DNA of 64,000 nt from Bdellovibrio sp. (GCA_036677065.1 JAKFBS010000001.1:288001-352000); one strand, 5' to 3'; positions 48,576 to 58,921 are shown, numbered from the stretch's first letter. Numbers and translations are program-made. The notes: generated by a model not told the origin, from the letters alone.

Positions 48576-49898
48576 ATGGAGAACTCTATGCCTAACTCGA
48601 AAGATTTAAAAGATATACTCAGCAAACTAATGATGAGTGAATTATCGCCAGACTCCGGTGAATGGTTAGCTTTAAAAAAAGAGCTGTCTGATAAATGCGA
48701 AAGACATATTGAAAATTATGAACTGTTACAAAAAACTCTTGAACTTGGTTATCAAGAGATGCAAAAAATGTTAGAGCTATTTGAACAGCGTGATTTACTG
48801 AAACAATCGATTTTTGACGCTTCTCAAGACATCATTCTTACCCTAGATGACAGCGGTCAAGTTATCGAATTCAATCGTGCTACCGAAACTTTGCTAAAAT
48901 TAGACGTTCAATCGATTATGGGTCAGAAACTAATATCTCTGCTTCCAGATTGCCCATTCAAACAAGATCTTAACAATTTATTTTCACAATCTGCGGCGTT
49001 TGATGCAAATTCATTATTAGAAAAATCCTATGAAAGTACTCTTTTTGATAGTGCAGGTAACACACTCATCGTTCTCGTTTCAATGAGTCGTATTGAAAAT
49101 CATGAAAGTGTTGTCTATCCAGTTTATATCAAAGACCTAACTGGCGAAAAAGCAGCGGCGCAGGAACTCGAGGAAAGTCGAGCTCAGCTTATGTCGACAT
49201 CAAAAATGTCAGCCTTAGGCGAAATGGCAGGAGGAGTAGCTCACGAAATTAATACTCCCTTAGCTGTAATTCAAATGAGGTCAGAACAGTTATTTGAAGA
49301 TGTAACTGATGGTTCTGCTGACAAAGAATCAATTTTAGATGCAGTTAGGGTCATTGATATCACGGTTAAAAGAATTGCAAAAATTATTTCTGGTCTTAGA
49401 TCTTTTTCAAGAGATGGAAGAAAAGATCCAATGGTCAGTTGTTCAGTTTATCAAATCGTCGAGGATACTTTTAGTCTTTGTAGAGAAAAGTTTTTGTCAA
49501 ATGGGGTAGAGCTTGAATTCATCAAAAGTGCTGATGCTGAAATTGAATGTCGCCCAAGTGAAATAGCCCAAGTATTATTAAACATGCTCAATAATGCTTT
49601 TGATGCTATTCAGCCATTATCAAATAAGTGGGTAAGAGTCGAACTTGAACAAAATCAAAACTTACTTTCTTTGAAAGTGACTGATAGTGGAAAAGGTATT
49701 CCGACCGATATCCAAAAAAAGATGATGCAGCCCTTTTTCACGACTAAAGAAATTGGCAAAGGCACAGGCCTGGGCTTGAGCATATCAAAGGGATTGATCG
49801 AAAGCCATGGCGGTTCTATTTTTATAGACAACTCGTCATCTAACACCTGCTTAGTTATCTCGTTACCAAGAAAAGGTATGGCTTCACTGGCCGCGTAG
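48576..49898 (+). CDS. Cytoplasmic PAS sensor histidine kinase
   Basis: PAS (FNRATE), AHEINTPL H box, N, G1 (DSGKG), F and G2 (GTGLGL) boxes; no TM. Confidence 0.92.
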   Translation: MENSMPNSKDLKDILSKLMMSELSPDSGEWLALKKELSDKCERHIENYELLQKTLELGYQEMQKMLELFEQRDLLKQSIFDASQDIILTLDDSGQVIEFNRATETLLKLDVQSIMGQKLISLLPDCPFKQDLNNLFSQSAAFDANSLLEKSYESTLFDSAGNTLIVLVSMSRIENHESVVYPVYIKDLTGEKAAAQELEESRAQLMSTSKMSALGEMAGGVAHEINTPLAVIQMRSEQLFEDVTDGSADKESILDAVRVIDITVKRIAKIISGLRSFSRDGRKDPMVSCSVYQIVEDTFSLCREKFLSNGVELEFIKSADAEIECRPSEIAQVLLNMLNNAFDAIQPLSNKWVRVELEQNQNLLSLKVTDSGKGIPTDIQKKMMQPFFTTKEIGKGTGLGLSISKGLIESHGGSIFIDNSSSNTCLVISLPRKGMASLAA

Positions 49899-50951
49899 GG
49901 CTTCCAAGGCGAGTGCGCCTGAACCCCGAAAGACTGATGTCACCTGGCGACGAGTCAGGCTATTGTGGTAAGCGGGGTCATAATAATAAACCAAAATTTT
50001 TTCGATCCACTGAAGATTACGGGTAAGACCACCGGTAGCGCAGTAATCGGTCTTGCAATGTTCAATGAGTTCAAGGATTTCTTTACTGCGCAGGCCACCT
50101 AATTTAGGTGTAATGGAAAGAACTGCTTTTTTGTATTGATCAAACATTGAAGTGGAAGCAGCTTTTAGAATGTAATCTTCAAAAATATTTTCGACTCGCT
50201 TTTCAAGTGGCTCTTCAAGCCAAATCACTTCCGCAGAACGCAGGGCTGTAAATAAAACTGGTGGCAATGCACATCTGCCGACCAGACGACTTTCGTCTTC
50301 GATCAAAACTGTTTGTTTGGGGCTTGCTGCGATTTTTAAACATTCTGTGCTCAGTAAAATTTCAAATTGAGCTTGCGAAGGTTGCGGTTCCGGAAGTGCG
50401 CCAAAGGCTGATCCGCGGTGATTTGCTAAATCTTCTAGGTCAATGATCGCTTGTTGCTTTAGCGTGCGAGCATTTTGTAAAAATCGTGTTTTTCCACAAC
50501 CGGTCATGCCCGAGACCGTAAGAAAATGAGTGTCGTGACAAAATTTTTGCAGCTCTACATCTAAGTGTCGGCGCGCACCTTTGTATCCTGATTGTAAGAT
50601 GGGGCGTTCGATGCCCAGTTCTTGTAACCACTTTTGTGTTATTTGCGAACGTTGGCCACCACGAAAACAGTAAATCACCGTACTAGGATTGCGCTGAATA
50701 AATTCAATCCACGCAGCCATGCGCTTAGCTTTTACTTCACCAGAAATCAATTGATGCCCTAAGGCCATAGCGGCTTCACGGCCCTCGCGTTTGTAAACAG
50801 TTCCGACTTCGCTGCGTTCGTGATTATTCAAAATTGGTAAATTCACCGCGCCAGGCAGATGACCGTGTTCAAATTCGACTTCGGCACGAACATCAATAAA
50901 CGGAGTGTTTGTAATTAACAGGTCATTCAAAAAGTCTTCGCCAATTTTCAT
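49884..50951 (-). CDS. selU: tRNA 2-selenouridine synthase
   Basis: Rhodanese DVR..EF, YCFRGGQRS, GMTGCGKT, HRGSAFG, EDESR, YYDP. Confidence 0.93.
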   Translation of the reverse strand: MKIGEDFLNDLLITNTPFIDVRAEVEFEHGHLPGAVNLPILNNHERSEVGTVYKREGREAAMALGHQLISGEVKAKRMAAWIEFIQRNPSTVIYCFRGGQRSQITQKWLQELGIERPILQSGYKGARRHLDVELQKFCHDTHFLTVSGMTGCGKTRFLQNARTLKQQAIIDLEDLANHRGSAFGALPEPQPSQAQFEILLSTECLKIAASPKQTVLIEDESRLVGRCALPPVLFTALRSAEVIWLEEPLEKRVENIFEDYILKAASTSMFDQYKKAVLSITPKLGGLRSKEILELIEHCKTDYCATGGLTRNLQWIEKILVYYYDPAYHNSLTRRQVTSVFRGSGALALEALRGQ

Positions 50952-52001
50952 TTACTTGAAAGTGACAGTCGCTGTTTGCCGACTTATCACTTCTCCGATG
51001 CGAGCAGCCTGAGGAAAAGACTTTTTTAGAGCTGATAAGATGGCATCACTGGCTTCAGGGGCAATCGAAAGCAGTAGTCCGCCGCTGGTCTGAGGATCAT
51101 GCAACAGTTGAGTTTGAATTTCATTAAGGCGAGAAACATTCAACGAAGCTGAAGTGTATTCTGCATTCGTGCGATGGGCTTTTGTTAAAAAACCGCGTTC
51201 TAAACAATGCAAAGCTTTTGAAAAAATGGGGAGCTGGCCGAATTCGATCTCTAAGCTGACCTGGCTGGCGTTGGCTAACTGCATGCTGTGCCCAGAAATT
51301 CCAAATCCTGTGATATCAGTGGCTGCGTGAATATTTAAGGCTTGATCGGTGCTGAGTTCATCAATCACGTTGTTCAATGTCGACATGCTGGTCACTGCAT
51401 CAGCGATATCTGACTCGGTCAGTTCGCGGCGCTTCAATCCTGCCGTCATGGTGCCTGTGCCCAGGGGTTTTGTTAAAATTAAATGATCACCGGGTTTTGC
51501 ACCGGCATTTGTCCAGATACGTTTCGGGTGCACGTATCCCGTTACAGAAAGACCAAATTTCAAACTGTCATCATCAATAGAATGCCCACCCACGAAGTTA
51601 GCGCCAGCCTGTGCTATTTTATCACTTGCTCCTTGCATGACATCGACAATCACAGATTCACTCATGCTCATTAGCGGAAAAGCTAAAATTCCCATAGCTG
51701 TTTTTGGTTTTCCGCCCATGGCGTAAATATCACTTAAGGCATTGGCTGCGGCCACGGCACCAAAAAGTTTTGGTGTATCAAGAATTGGTGTGAAAAAATC
51801 TAACGTTTGCACTAAAGCCACCTCATCAGTGACTTGATAAATAGCCGCATCATCAAAAAGACGTCCATCGACTAAAAGTTCGGGATGTGGTTGCGGAAAC
51901 CGAACTTGGTTCAGAATTTTACGCAGCTCTTGCGCTGCGATTTTGGCGGCGCAACCACCTTTTTGTACTGTCTGCGTAAGAGGAACAAATTCTTTTATCA
52001 T
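50952..52001 (-). CDS. selD: Selenophosphate synthetase (Cys form)
   Basis: GGCAAK, DDAA, DFFTP, NALSDIYAMGG, GGHSI, TDITGFG, DPQTSGGLL. Confidence 0.95.
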   Translation of the reverse strand: MIKEFVPLTQTVQKGGCAAKIAAQELRKILNQVRFPQPHPELLVDGRLFDDAAIYQVTDEVALVQTLDFFTPILDTPKLFGAVAAANALSDIYAMGGKPKTAMGILAFPLMSMSESVIVDVMQGASDKIAQAGANFVGGHSIDDDSLKFGLSVTGYVHPKRIWTNAGAKPGDHLILTKPLGTGTMTAGLKRRELTESDIADAVTSMSTLNNVIDELSTDQALNIHAATDITGFGISGHSMQLANASQVSLEIEFGQLPIFSKALHCLERGFLTKAHRTNAEYTSASLNVSRLNEIQTQLLHDPQTSGGLLLSIAPEASDAILSALKKSFPQAARIGEVISRQTATVTFK

Positions 52002-52056
52002 GTTTGAGATATAGCCGAAAAGACAGAGCCAAGCAAAACAAATGCTTTACTATTAT

Positions 52057-52443
52057 TTAAAGGCTTTGAAATACATGAATTTGTCTAAAGAAGGCACGGC
52101 CGCGATCAAGCATCTGAGCTTCAGTCAAAAATGGAATTTTTTGTACTGATAAAACTTTATGGCTTAATTTTGGATGGTGTTTTTTTAGATGATTCATAAA
52201 GTGGTCAGGTCCAGGCCCTGATCCTAAGATAAGCCACTCTTGAGCAGAAACTTTTTCAAGTTTATGGCAAACCGAGTGATAAAGTTTTTCTTCATCAGTT
52301 TCGTGAATGGGATGGTTTTTGGCCGCTGTTTCAACTGGGTGTTTTGGGCCTTTTAGAAATATTTTTTGTGTTGTTAGCCCATTAGGATCCAAATGATATA
52401 AACGCGCTTCTTGTGTGTTAATGAATAATATAAGTGAAGACAT
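52057..52443 (-). CDS. eRF1-domain-2-like small protein
   Basis: LILGSGPG...F..HL..H, TEAQM...R.FF pattern. Confidence 0.5.
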   Translation of the reverse strand: MSSLILFINTQEARLYHLDPNGLTTQKIFLKGPKHPVETAAKNHPIHETDEEKLYHSVCHKLEKVSAQEWLILGSGPGPDHFMNHLKKHHPKLSHKVLSVQKIPFLTEAQMLDRGRAFFRQIHVFQSL

Positions 52444-52672
52444 GATTTACTCTCTCTTTCTTTTTCTTAATTGTTTAATATAGAAAGGCAAGACTGTGGC
52501 CAATGTTGTGCCGTTGACGAAAAAGAGAGTAATTGCCAAAAAAAAACAATAAGTTAGAGCTTGTTGAGCTTTTACCGCCAGAGTCAGTTTCTGACAGCCT
52601 GTCATGTTTGAAGAATATATCGGCAGCCAATTTGTCACATCTTGAGCGTAATCAGTAAGTAAGTTATATTAA

Positions 52673-53059
52673 ATGTATATGGCAGTTATTAGAAATCGAA
52701 CCCTTAGAGCATTCATTTTTGTAAGTGGATGCAGCTCTGTGATATTGGGTATAATAGGAATATTTCTTCCGCTGCTTCCGACAACTCCATTTGTTCTTTT
52801 AGCGGCATGGTGTTTTCTTAGAAGTTCTGATAGTGCTCACAAATGGATTTATCGCCAACCAGTCTTAGGCAAGGCCTTGAAAAATTGGGAAAAAAACCGA
52901 AGTATTTCCAGAGCAACTAAGAAAGTTGCAATTGCTACAATTTTAATTTCAGCAGTTTTAATCTGGTTTAATGTAGCTAACTTTTGGATTAATATTCCAG
53001 TAACGCTTCTTCTGCTCGGCGTTTCTATTTTTATTTTTATTCAAAAAGAAAATTTTTAG
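52673..53059 (+). CDS. YbaN/DUF454 membrane protein
   Basis: LGIIGIFLPLLPTTPFVLLAAWCF.RSS. Confidence 0.9.
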   Translation: MYMAVIRNRTLRAFIFVSGCSSVILGIIGIFLPLLPTTPFVLLAAWCFLRSSDSAHKWIYRQPVLGKALKNWEKNRSISRATKKVAIATILISAVLIWFNVANFWINIPVTLLLLGVSIFIFIQKENF

Positions 53060-53062
53060 GCC

Positions 53063-53500
53063 TCAGTCAAATTTGCGCATAATCTCGGTAAGCTGTTTAG
53101 CCTCTTGCGCCGTTAAAAAACGCCCGAAATATTCTTCGATAGCGGCTTCGTAATGCGGCCAGGTATCAGCAAGAGCCTTAAGGCCTTTCGGTGTAATTGC
53201 AGCAAACTGGCTTCGCCCATCATCTGGCGATTTTTCTTTAATTAAAAATCCGAGCTTTTCAAGTTTTTCGACAGAGCGACTTAGAGCGCTCTTTGATGTC
53301 ACGATTTCTTCGGCCACATCAATTAAACGCAGCTTTTTATCAGAAGAGTTTTTCAATGCAAGCAGAACGTCATAGTGGTGAAGCGGTAATAAGGCTTTAT
53401 TGCTTTCAAGGGCACGCTCGATTCGCCCAAATATTTTTGAGTGACGGGTAATCAGATACGCCCAGGCTTTATGTTGGGCTGGTCCCAGTTTTTTTCTCAT
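53063..53500 (-). CDS. MarR-family regulator
   Basis: YDVL, SKSALSR.V.KLE..G, DDGR, IT..G; start moved to ATG 53500. Confidence 0.88.
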   Translation of the reverse strand: MRKKLGPAQHKAWAYLITRHSKIFGRIERALESNKALLPLHHYDVLLALKNSSDKKLRLIDVAEEIVTSKSALSRSVEKLEKLGFLIKEKSPDDGRSQFAAITPKGLKALADTWPHYEAAIEEYFGRFLTAQEAKQLTEIMRKFD

Positions 53501-53520
53501 AAAAATACAGTAGCTGAATT

Positions 53521-53575
53521 TAGTTGCACGAGCAACTATTATCTGGCAACTTATAAATAGTTGCATGTGCAACTA
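53521..53575. promoter_or_regulatory. Two palindromic MarR-type operators
   Basis: TAGTTGCACGAGCAACTA (53521-53538) and TAGTTGCATGTGCAACTA (53558-53575) between divergent marR and doxX. Confidence 0.8.
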
Positions 53576-53592
53576 TATTTAGGAGAAACAAT

Positions 53593-54054
53593 ATGAAAGC
53601 TGCTATTTTAAGAGTATTCAAAACCGAGAACGACTTCGCGCTGACTGTTCTGCGCTTGAGTTTGGGCATTATGATTTTGCCTCATGGTTTGCAAAAAACG
53701 TTTGGGCTATTTGGTGGTTTTGGATTTTCAGGCACGATGGGATTTTTCACTGAAACAATGGGCATTCCATGGATCTTTGCCGCTGCAGCGATTTTGGCCG
53801 AGTCATTAGGAGGTGTCGCGCTTATACTTGGCATAGGCACAAGGTGGGCAGCATTTGCAGTAGGCGTGACGATGTTAGTCGCAGCCCTTACTTCGCATGC
53901 GCAACATGGCTTTTTTATGAACTGGTTCGGTCATCAAAAAGGCGAAGGTGTAGAGTTTTTTATTCTTGCAGTTGGCATTGCCGTCGCGCTGATCCTTCGT
54001 GGCGGTGGTGCACTTTCTGTCGATAAGTTTCTGAGTCAGCCGAACAGAAAATAG
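53593..54054 (+). CDS. DoxX-family membrane protein
   Basis: LR..LG....HG.QK, E..GG, G.E, GGG.LSVD. Confidence 0.9.
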   Translation: MKAAILRVFKTENDFALTVLRLSLGIMILPHGLQKTFGLFGGFGFSGTMGFFTETMGIPWIFAAAAILAESLGGVALILGIGTRWAAFAVGVTMLVAALTSHAQHGFFMNWFGHQKGEGVEFFILAVGIAVALILRGGGALSVDKFLSQPNRK

Positions 54055-54170
54055 CATTGGAAAAAAATGAATTTTTGTTCGCTTTTTAACAGAGTAAAAA
54101 AACTGGGAATCATCCTTGCATATTTATGTGGTCGTCAGTAATTATGTGCCACATATTTTAAGGAGCTCCC

Positions 54171-54617
54171 ATGAAAAAATTTTTTACAATGTTTTGTCTT
54201 TCAATAATTTCTTTTACTTCGGCTTATGCAGAAGAGGGTTATCCAATGACTTGTGTCTTCGATGGCACTCAATCAGTGAGCATCAGACCAAGCACAACTG
54301 TTGCGAGAAAATTGCTTGTCAGTTTTGGTTTTAAACGAGCTACTAAGCCGGCCACTCAAGGCGTAGATCCTGGCACATGCGCTTGGAATGATCGCGCTGT
54401 TTACCAAGATGAACCTGCTATCATGTCACAAGTGGTAGAAGATGTTTATTCTTATCGCGAAGTTACATTTGCCGGTAAATCTCAGTTAGTACTTGTTCCG
54501 GGTAATGCTTTCTGGGCGCCACAGATGATGACTCGTGGATACACGTTAAAAGTTAAAGTGTATAACTCGGCACCTGATCACGGTAACGCGACGAATTTCT
54601 TCAAGATCATCAATTAA
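54171..54617 (+). CDS. Secreted hypothetical protein
   Basis: Signal peptide, AGGAG RBS, PGTCAWNDR motif. Confidence 0.7.
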   Translation: MKKFFTMFCLSIISFTSAYAEEGYPMTCVFDGTQSVSIRPSTTVARKLLVSFGFKRATKPATQGVDPGTCAWNDRAVYQDEPAIMSQVVEDVYSYREVTFAGKSQLVLVPGNAFWAPQMMTRGYTLKVKVYNSAPDHGNATNFFKIIN

Positions 54618-55054
54618 GAAACTTGCGTGTCTTTGGGAAAAGGTTTTCCTGCAGAATTTTCCAGTAAGTCTTTAAGGCTTACCATAAAAACTCCCCACTT
54701 CGTAGAGCAGTGGGCGAGGGCGCCAGTTTTAGTTTTCCAACCAGAGTGTGTGAAATTGACAAAAGTTTTTCCGCGTTTTGTAGAAAGCTGAAAGCGAACT
54801 TCTTTGTCGCCCCATTCTTTGCCGTCGCCGCCGATGACTTTCCAGCGCACTAACTTATTTTTTTCAAGTTTAGTTACTTTAAAAGGTTTTACATGAGAGT
54901 TAAACCAGAACTCAAGTGTTCCGCCAAGTTTTGCACTTCCGCGTGTGTCTGAGGTCCACCACTTCGCCAGTTGGTCGATGTTGGTTAATGCTTTGTAAAC
55001 TGCTGCGGGTTTCGCGTGGATTCCGACTTCGTGATAAATTTCGTAATTTTTCAT
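54614..55054 (-). CDS. SRPBCC/AHSA1-family protein
   Basis: VY.ALT....LAKWW, FTHSGW, CSTKW. Confidence 0.85.
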   Translation of the reverse strand: MKNYEIYHEVGIHAKPAAVYKALTNIDQLAKWWTSDTRGSAKLGGTLEFWFNSHVKPFKVTKLEKNKLVRWKVIGGDGKEWGDKEVRFQLSTKRGKTFVNFTHSGWKTKTGALAHCSTKWGVFMVSLKDLLENSAGKPFPKDTQVS

Positions 55055-55063
55055 TTATATTCC

Positions 55064-56221
55064 TTATGCAAAAGTGGCTTTGATTTTTTCAAGCCCTTCA
55101 ATGAGTAATGTTCTGGGGCATCCGATATTAATGCGGATAAAACCTTCACCGTCTTCGCCGTACATCGTACCATGAGTGATCCAAAGATTTTCTTTTTCTA
55201 GCAGTAGACGCGCAAATTCTGCCGAACTGAGCCCCGCTGCAGTTATATCGATCCACACAAGATAGGTGCCTTCAAGTGGTAGAACTTTGAATTTTAAAAG
55301 ATTTTTTTCAAAGAAGTTTTTCAGGTAATTATAGTTTTCGAAAAGATACTCATTAAGAGCATCAAGCCAGTCTTCACTTTCGTTGTAAGCTGCCATTAAG
55401 CCTTCGACCGCAAATGGATTTAATTCGTAAAGCTCGCTGACCTTTAGCGCTGTTTCAATTTTATGTCTGAGTTCCGCTTTTGCACTAACGATGTTAGCCA
55501 CTTGCAAACCGGCCAAATTAAAACTTTTACTTGGTGAAATGCAGGTCACTGAATTTTCAAGAAAAGTTTGATTGATTGAAGCAAACGAAATGTGTTTGTG
55601 GCCAGCATGAATTAAATCGCAATGTATTTCGTCAGAGATTACAGTCACACCATGTTTTAAACATATTTCGCCAATACGAATAAGTTCTTCTTTGTTGAAG
55701 ACGCGTCCAGAGGGATTATGCGGATTACAAAGCAGAAGCACTTTAGTTAAGGGATGCGCTGCCTTTTTTTCAAGATCATCAAAGTCGATACTGTACTTGC
55801 CATCACGATAAAGCAGTTCGTTTTTTAGTACTTTACATTTGGCATTGGTGATAACAGAAAAAAAACGATTATAGACGGGCGTCTGAATAATGACCTGATC
55901 TCCGGTTTCAGTTAAAGACTTAATGACAGCCGATATCGCAGGAACAACTCCTGCAGCAACTAACAACCACTCTTTTTCAATATGAAATTGGTGACGTCTT
56001 TTAAACCAACTAATGATCGCATCGAAATACTGCGGTGGAACCTTCGTGTAACCAAAGATGCCGTGTTGCACTCGTTTTGCCAAAGCATCGGTGATGGGAG
56101 GAGCTGCGCGAAAATCCATATCAGCAACCCACATCGGCAGAATATTTTCGTTCGTATTATAATCCCATTTATACGAATGGGTGCCTTTTCTAGGAACGAT
56201 TTCATTAAAGTCATATTTCAT
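55064..56221 (-). CDS. MalY/PatB PLP-dependent C-S lyase
   Basis: KWD, PMWVADMDF, CNPHNP.G, SDEIH, SPSKSFN. Confidence 0.92.
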   Translation of the reverse strand: MKYDFNEIVPRKGTHSYKWDYNTNENILPMWVADMDFRAAPPITDALAKRVQHGIFGYTKVPPQYFDAIISWFKRRHQFHIEKEWLLVAAGVVPAISAVIKSLTETGDQVIIQTPVYNRFFSVITNAKCKVLKNELLYRDGKYSIDFDDLEKKAAHPLTKVLLLCNPHNPSGRVFNKEELIRIGEICLKHGVTVISDEIHCDLIHAGHKHISFASINQTFLENSVTCISPSKSFNLAGLQVANIVSAKAELRHKIETALKVSELYELNPFAVEGLMAAYNESEDWLDALNEYLFENYNYLKNFFEKNLLKFKVLPLEGTYLVWIDITAAGLSSAEFARLLLEKENLWITHGTMYGEDGEGFIRINIGCPRTLLIEGLEKIKATFA

Positions 56222-56223
56222 TT

Positions 56224-56958
56224 TTAACTCCGATTTTTAAGATCGCGAAGAAAGGTAAATCGCTCAAGATTATCAGCGAATAAAAAAGGATTCACTCTTT
56301 TTTCGATACCTAAATTCAATGGCACGCTTGGTAAATCTGCGGCCCGCTTTTGTTTGAGTATTTCTTCGTAGGCATCTAGCTCGCTTTTATTCTGGGTAAG
56401 ACCTTTGCAGAAACGTAAGTTCGCTTCGGTGTATTCATGAGTGCAATACACAAGTGTTTCATCCGGCAGACTTTTAATCCGTTGTAAAGATTCATAACCT
56501 TGTGAAAAACTGCCTTCAAATAGCCGCCCACAGCCAAGCCCGAAAAGCACATCGCCAGAAAAGAGCCATTTTTTTTGCGGTTCGAAAAAACCAATATGAC
56601 CCAGTGTATGCCCTGCAAGTTCAAGAGTTTGTAAATTTAAATCACCACTGAAAAGCTTGATGGATTGGCCCTCGGTAACAAAATCTGTCGCAAATGGAAT
56701 TTGCACTTTATTTTTCTTAGGCGCATAGACAGGAACATTCCAAATCTCTTTAAGCTTTAGCGCACCGCCGATATGATCGGGATGATGATGTGTTAAAAGA
56801 ATCGCCTCTAATGTTAAGCCCTGCTCTATTAAGTAATCCTGAACAGGGTCTGCACCGCCCGGATCAATAACCACGCAAGTTTTTGAATCAGCCCGCGCAA
56901 TCACGAAAACGTAATTGTCGGTAAAAATTGGGATTATTCGAACATCTAAAAAGCTCAT
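56224..56958 (-). CDS. gloB: Hydroxyacylglutathione hydrolase (glyoxalase II)
   Basis: DNY, THHHPDHIGG, GHT.GH, GD.LF..GCGRLFEG, HEYT, NPF. Confidence 0.92.
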   Translation of the reverse strand: MSFLDVRIIPIFTDNYVFVIARADSKTCVVIDPGGADPVQDYLIEQGLTLEAILLTHHHPDHIGGALKLKEIWNVPVYAPKKNKVQIPFATDFVTEGQSIKLFSGDLNLQTLELAGHTLGHIGFFEPQKKWLFSGDVLFGLGCGRLFEGSFSQGYESLQRIKSLPDETLVYCTHEYTEANLRFCKGLTQNKSELDAYEEILKQKRAADLPSVPLNLGIEKRVNPFLFADNLERFTFLRDLKNRS

Positions 56959-57053
56959 GCCTTGTCCTATTGGTTTAGACCAAGGGTAGCAGATAACTTT
57001 CTTGACGTCTTCTTCTATCAGGAGTGAGATCTTGGCATGTCACAGGAGATTTT

Positions 57054-57560
57054 ATGATTTACGAAATAACGGTTCCCCAGTTTACCAAAATGTTAAAAAA
57101 TTTAGATGCGATTTTAGAAAAAGCGATTCCGTTTGCTGAAGCTAAAAAAATCGAAATGGATGTGTTATTAAATTCACGCTTAGCGCCAGATCAATTTAAC
57201 TTGATTCGTCAGATTCAGATTGCCTGCGATACTGCAAAATTAGGTGTAGCCAAATTAACTGGCAAAGATGCGCCAGTGCATGATGATAAAGAAACAACCT
57301 TACCTCAAATCCGAACTCGTATTGCAGAGACGGTAACTTTTTTAAGTTCTGTTTCTGAAAAAGATTTCACCGGAGCTCTTGAGAGAAAAATAAATAATCC
57401 GCGTTGGGGTGAAAAATATTTATTAGGTCATGAGTATGTAACTCAGCATACGATTCCAAATATTTACTTTCATATCACTGTGGCTTACGAAATTTTACGT
57501 CATAATGGTGTTGAAATCGGTAAAAAAGATTATTTAGGGGCAATGCCTTATCATACTTAG
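57054..57560 (+). CDS. DUF1993 family protein
   Basis: RLAPDQF.L..Q, PN.YFH...AY.ILRH.GV.IGK.DY; AGGAG RBS. Confidence 0.88.
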   Translation: MIYEITVPQFTKMLKNLDAILEKAIPFAEAKKIEMDVLLNSRLAPDQFNLIRQIQIACDTAKLGVAKLTGKDAPVHDDKETTLPQIRTRIAETVTFLSSVSEKDFTGALERKINNPRWGEKYLLGHEYVTQHTIPNIYFHITVAYEILRHNGVEIGKKDYLGAMPYHT

Positions 57561-57608
57561 GCAAAAAGCCTCCTTCAATTGAAACGGGTACGGAAGGCAC
57601 GTTTACGG

Positions 57609-58769
57609 TTATCCAAACATATTTCCTTTTACTAAGTAAAAACCGTAACCAATAAGTGCCGCACTCAAAATAAGAATGGGCTCTTTTACCTTGAACTTAA
57701 AGAGTAATCCCAACGATGCAAGAGCTGCGAAGACTGCAAATGGGTCAAGAAGTGTTCTTTTACCAATTACAAAGCACGCTCCAGCAATGGCTCCAACTGC
57801 TGCCACTGTCACACCAGTAACAGCATCTTTAACAAATTTATTTCGAGCAATCTTGTAAAAAAAAGGAGCGCAGACAATTGTGATTAAGTAGCAAGGAAAA
57901 AAAGTAGCCAAGGCTGCTACAGATGCGCCAGACAAACCTGAAACTAAGTAGCCAATGAAGGCCGTTGTGATAACAACCGGCCCAGGCGTGATCATAGCGA
58001 CAGCAATAGCATCTAAAAATTGCCTTTCAGTAAGCCAACCGAAATCTTTAACTACTCCCGAATGAAGAAAAGGAACAATCGCAAGTCCACTACCAAAAAC
58101 AAAGGCTCCAGCCTTCGCAAAATAGATGGCTATTTTTGTTAATACTTCAGAATTAGCTTTTACCTCAGATGCAAAAAATAAAATGGGAAGAACGCTCAGA
58201 GACAAGAAATTACTTTTGATGCTGTATTTACGAATCAAAGCAAGAGCGAGACCAGAAATCACGAACAATAAAATACTCTCTTCTTCATAGAAGGCAGTAT
58301 AAATAGCAGAAAGCACCCATATAAGTATTGTGAAACGATCATCTTTTGAAGTTTTCTTGAAAAGTGAATAGGAGCTATTTACTATCACCGCAACGACGGC
58401 AGGGCCTGCGATATAAAAGACTGATTCAATCCAAGGGAGTGAGCCAAATTTAACGTATAAGTAACCAATAGCTAGACACATTAAAAATGAAGGTAAACAA
58501 AACAAGAAGCCTATCCAAGCGGCTCCCAGATTTCCATACTTAAGCCAACCTATGTAAATCGCCATTTGCGCAGCTAAAGGGCCAGGAGCTAATTGTGAAA
58601 GTGCGAACCCTTCAATATATTCTTCTTTTGTCAGCCATTTCTTTTCCTCGACCAAATCCTCTTCCATCCGTTGAGTCAGTGCCGCAGGCCCTCCAAATCC
58701 GGTTGTTCCTAAGTATAGAAAGTAATTTCCGAGGTTTTTTAAAGAAACGTCTAAATTTTCAATTTTCAT
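57609..58769 (-). CDS. chrA: Chromate transporter (CHR, long form)
   Basis: GFGGP, Q..PGP, FVFGSG, TPGP repeats. Confidence 0.88.
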   Translation of the reverse strand: MKIENLDVSLKNLGNYFLYLGTTGFGGPAALTQRMEEDLVEEKKWLTKEEYIEGFALSQLAPGPLAAQMAIYIGWLKYGNLGAAWIGFLFCLPSFLMCLAIGYLYVKFGSLPWIESVFYIAGPAVVAVIVNSSYSLFKKTSKDDRFTILIWVLSAIYTAFYEEESILLFVISGLALALIRKYSIKSNFLSLSVLPILFFASEVKANSEVLTKIAIYFAKAGAFVFGSGLAIVPFLHSGVVKDFGWLTERQFLDAIAVAMITPGPVVITTAFIGYLVSGLSGASVAALATFFPCYLITIVCAPFFYKIARNKFVKDAVTGVTVAAVGAIAGACFVIGKRTLLDPFAVFAALASLGLLFKFKVKEPILILSAALIGYGFYLVKGNMFG

Positions 58770-58921
58770 TTAAAATTCTTTTGTTACAGTTGTAACAACT
58801 TTATGGCAAGTCGTAACAATAATCAACCAAGATGCCACAGACAAAAAAATCGACTGTGCGATCTTCTGCCAGATGCGAGTGAGCAATTTAATATTCACTC
58901 ACACGCAACTGTTTAAAAAAA

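Noticed and set aside
50952..52001. Selenocysteine recoding in SelD
   Set aside because: The active-site codon is TGC (Cys), not TGA.
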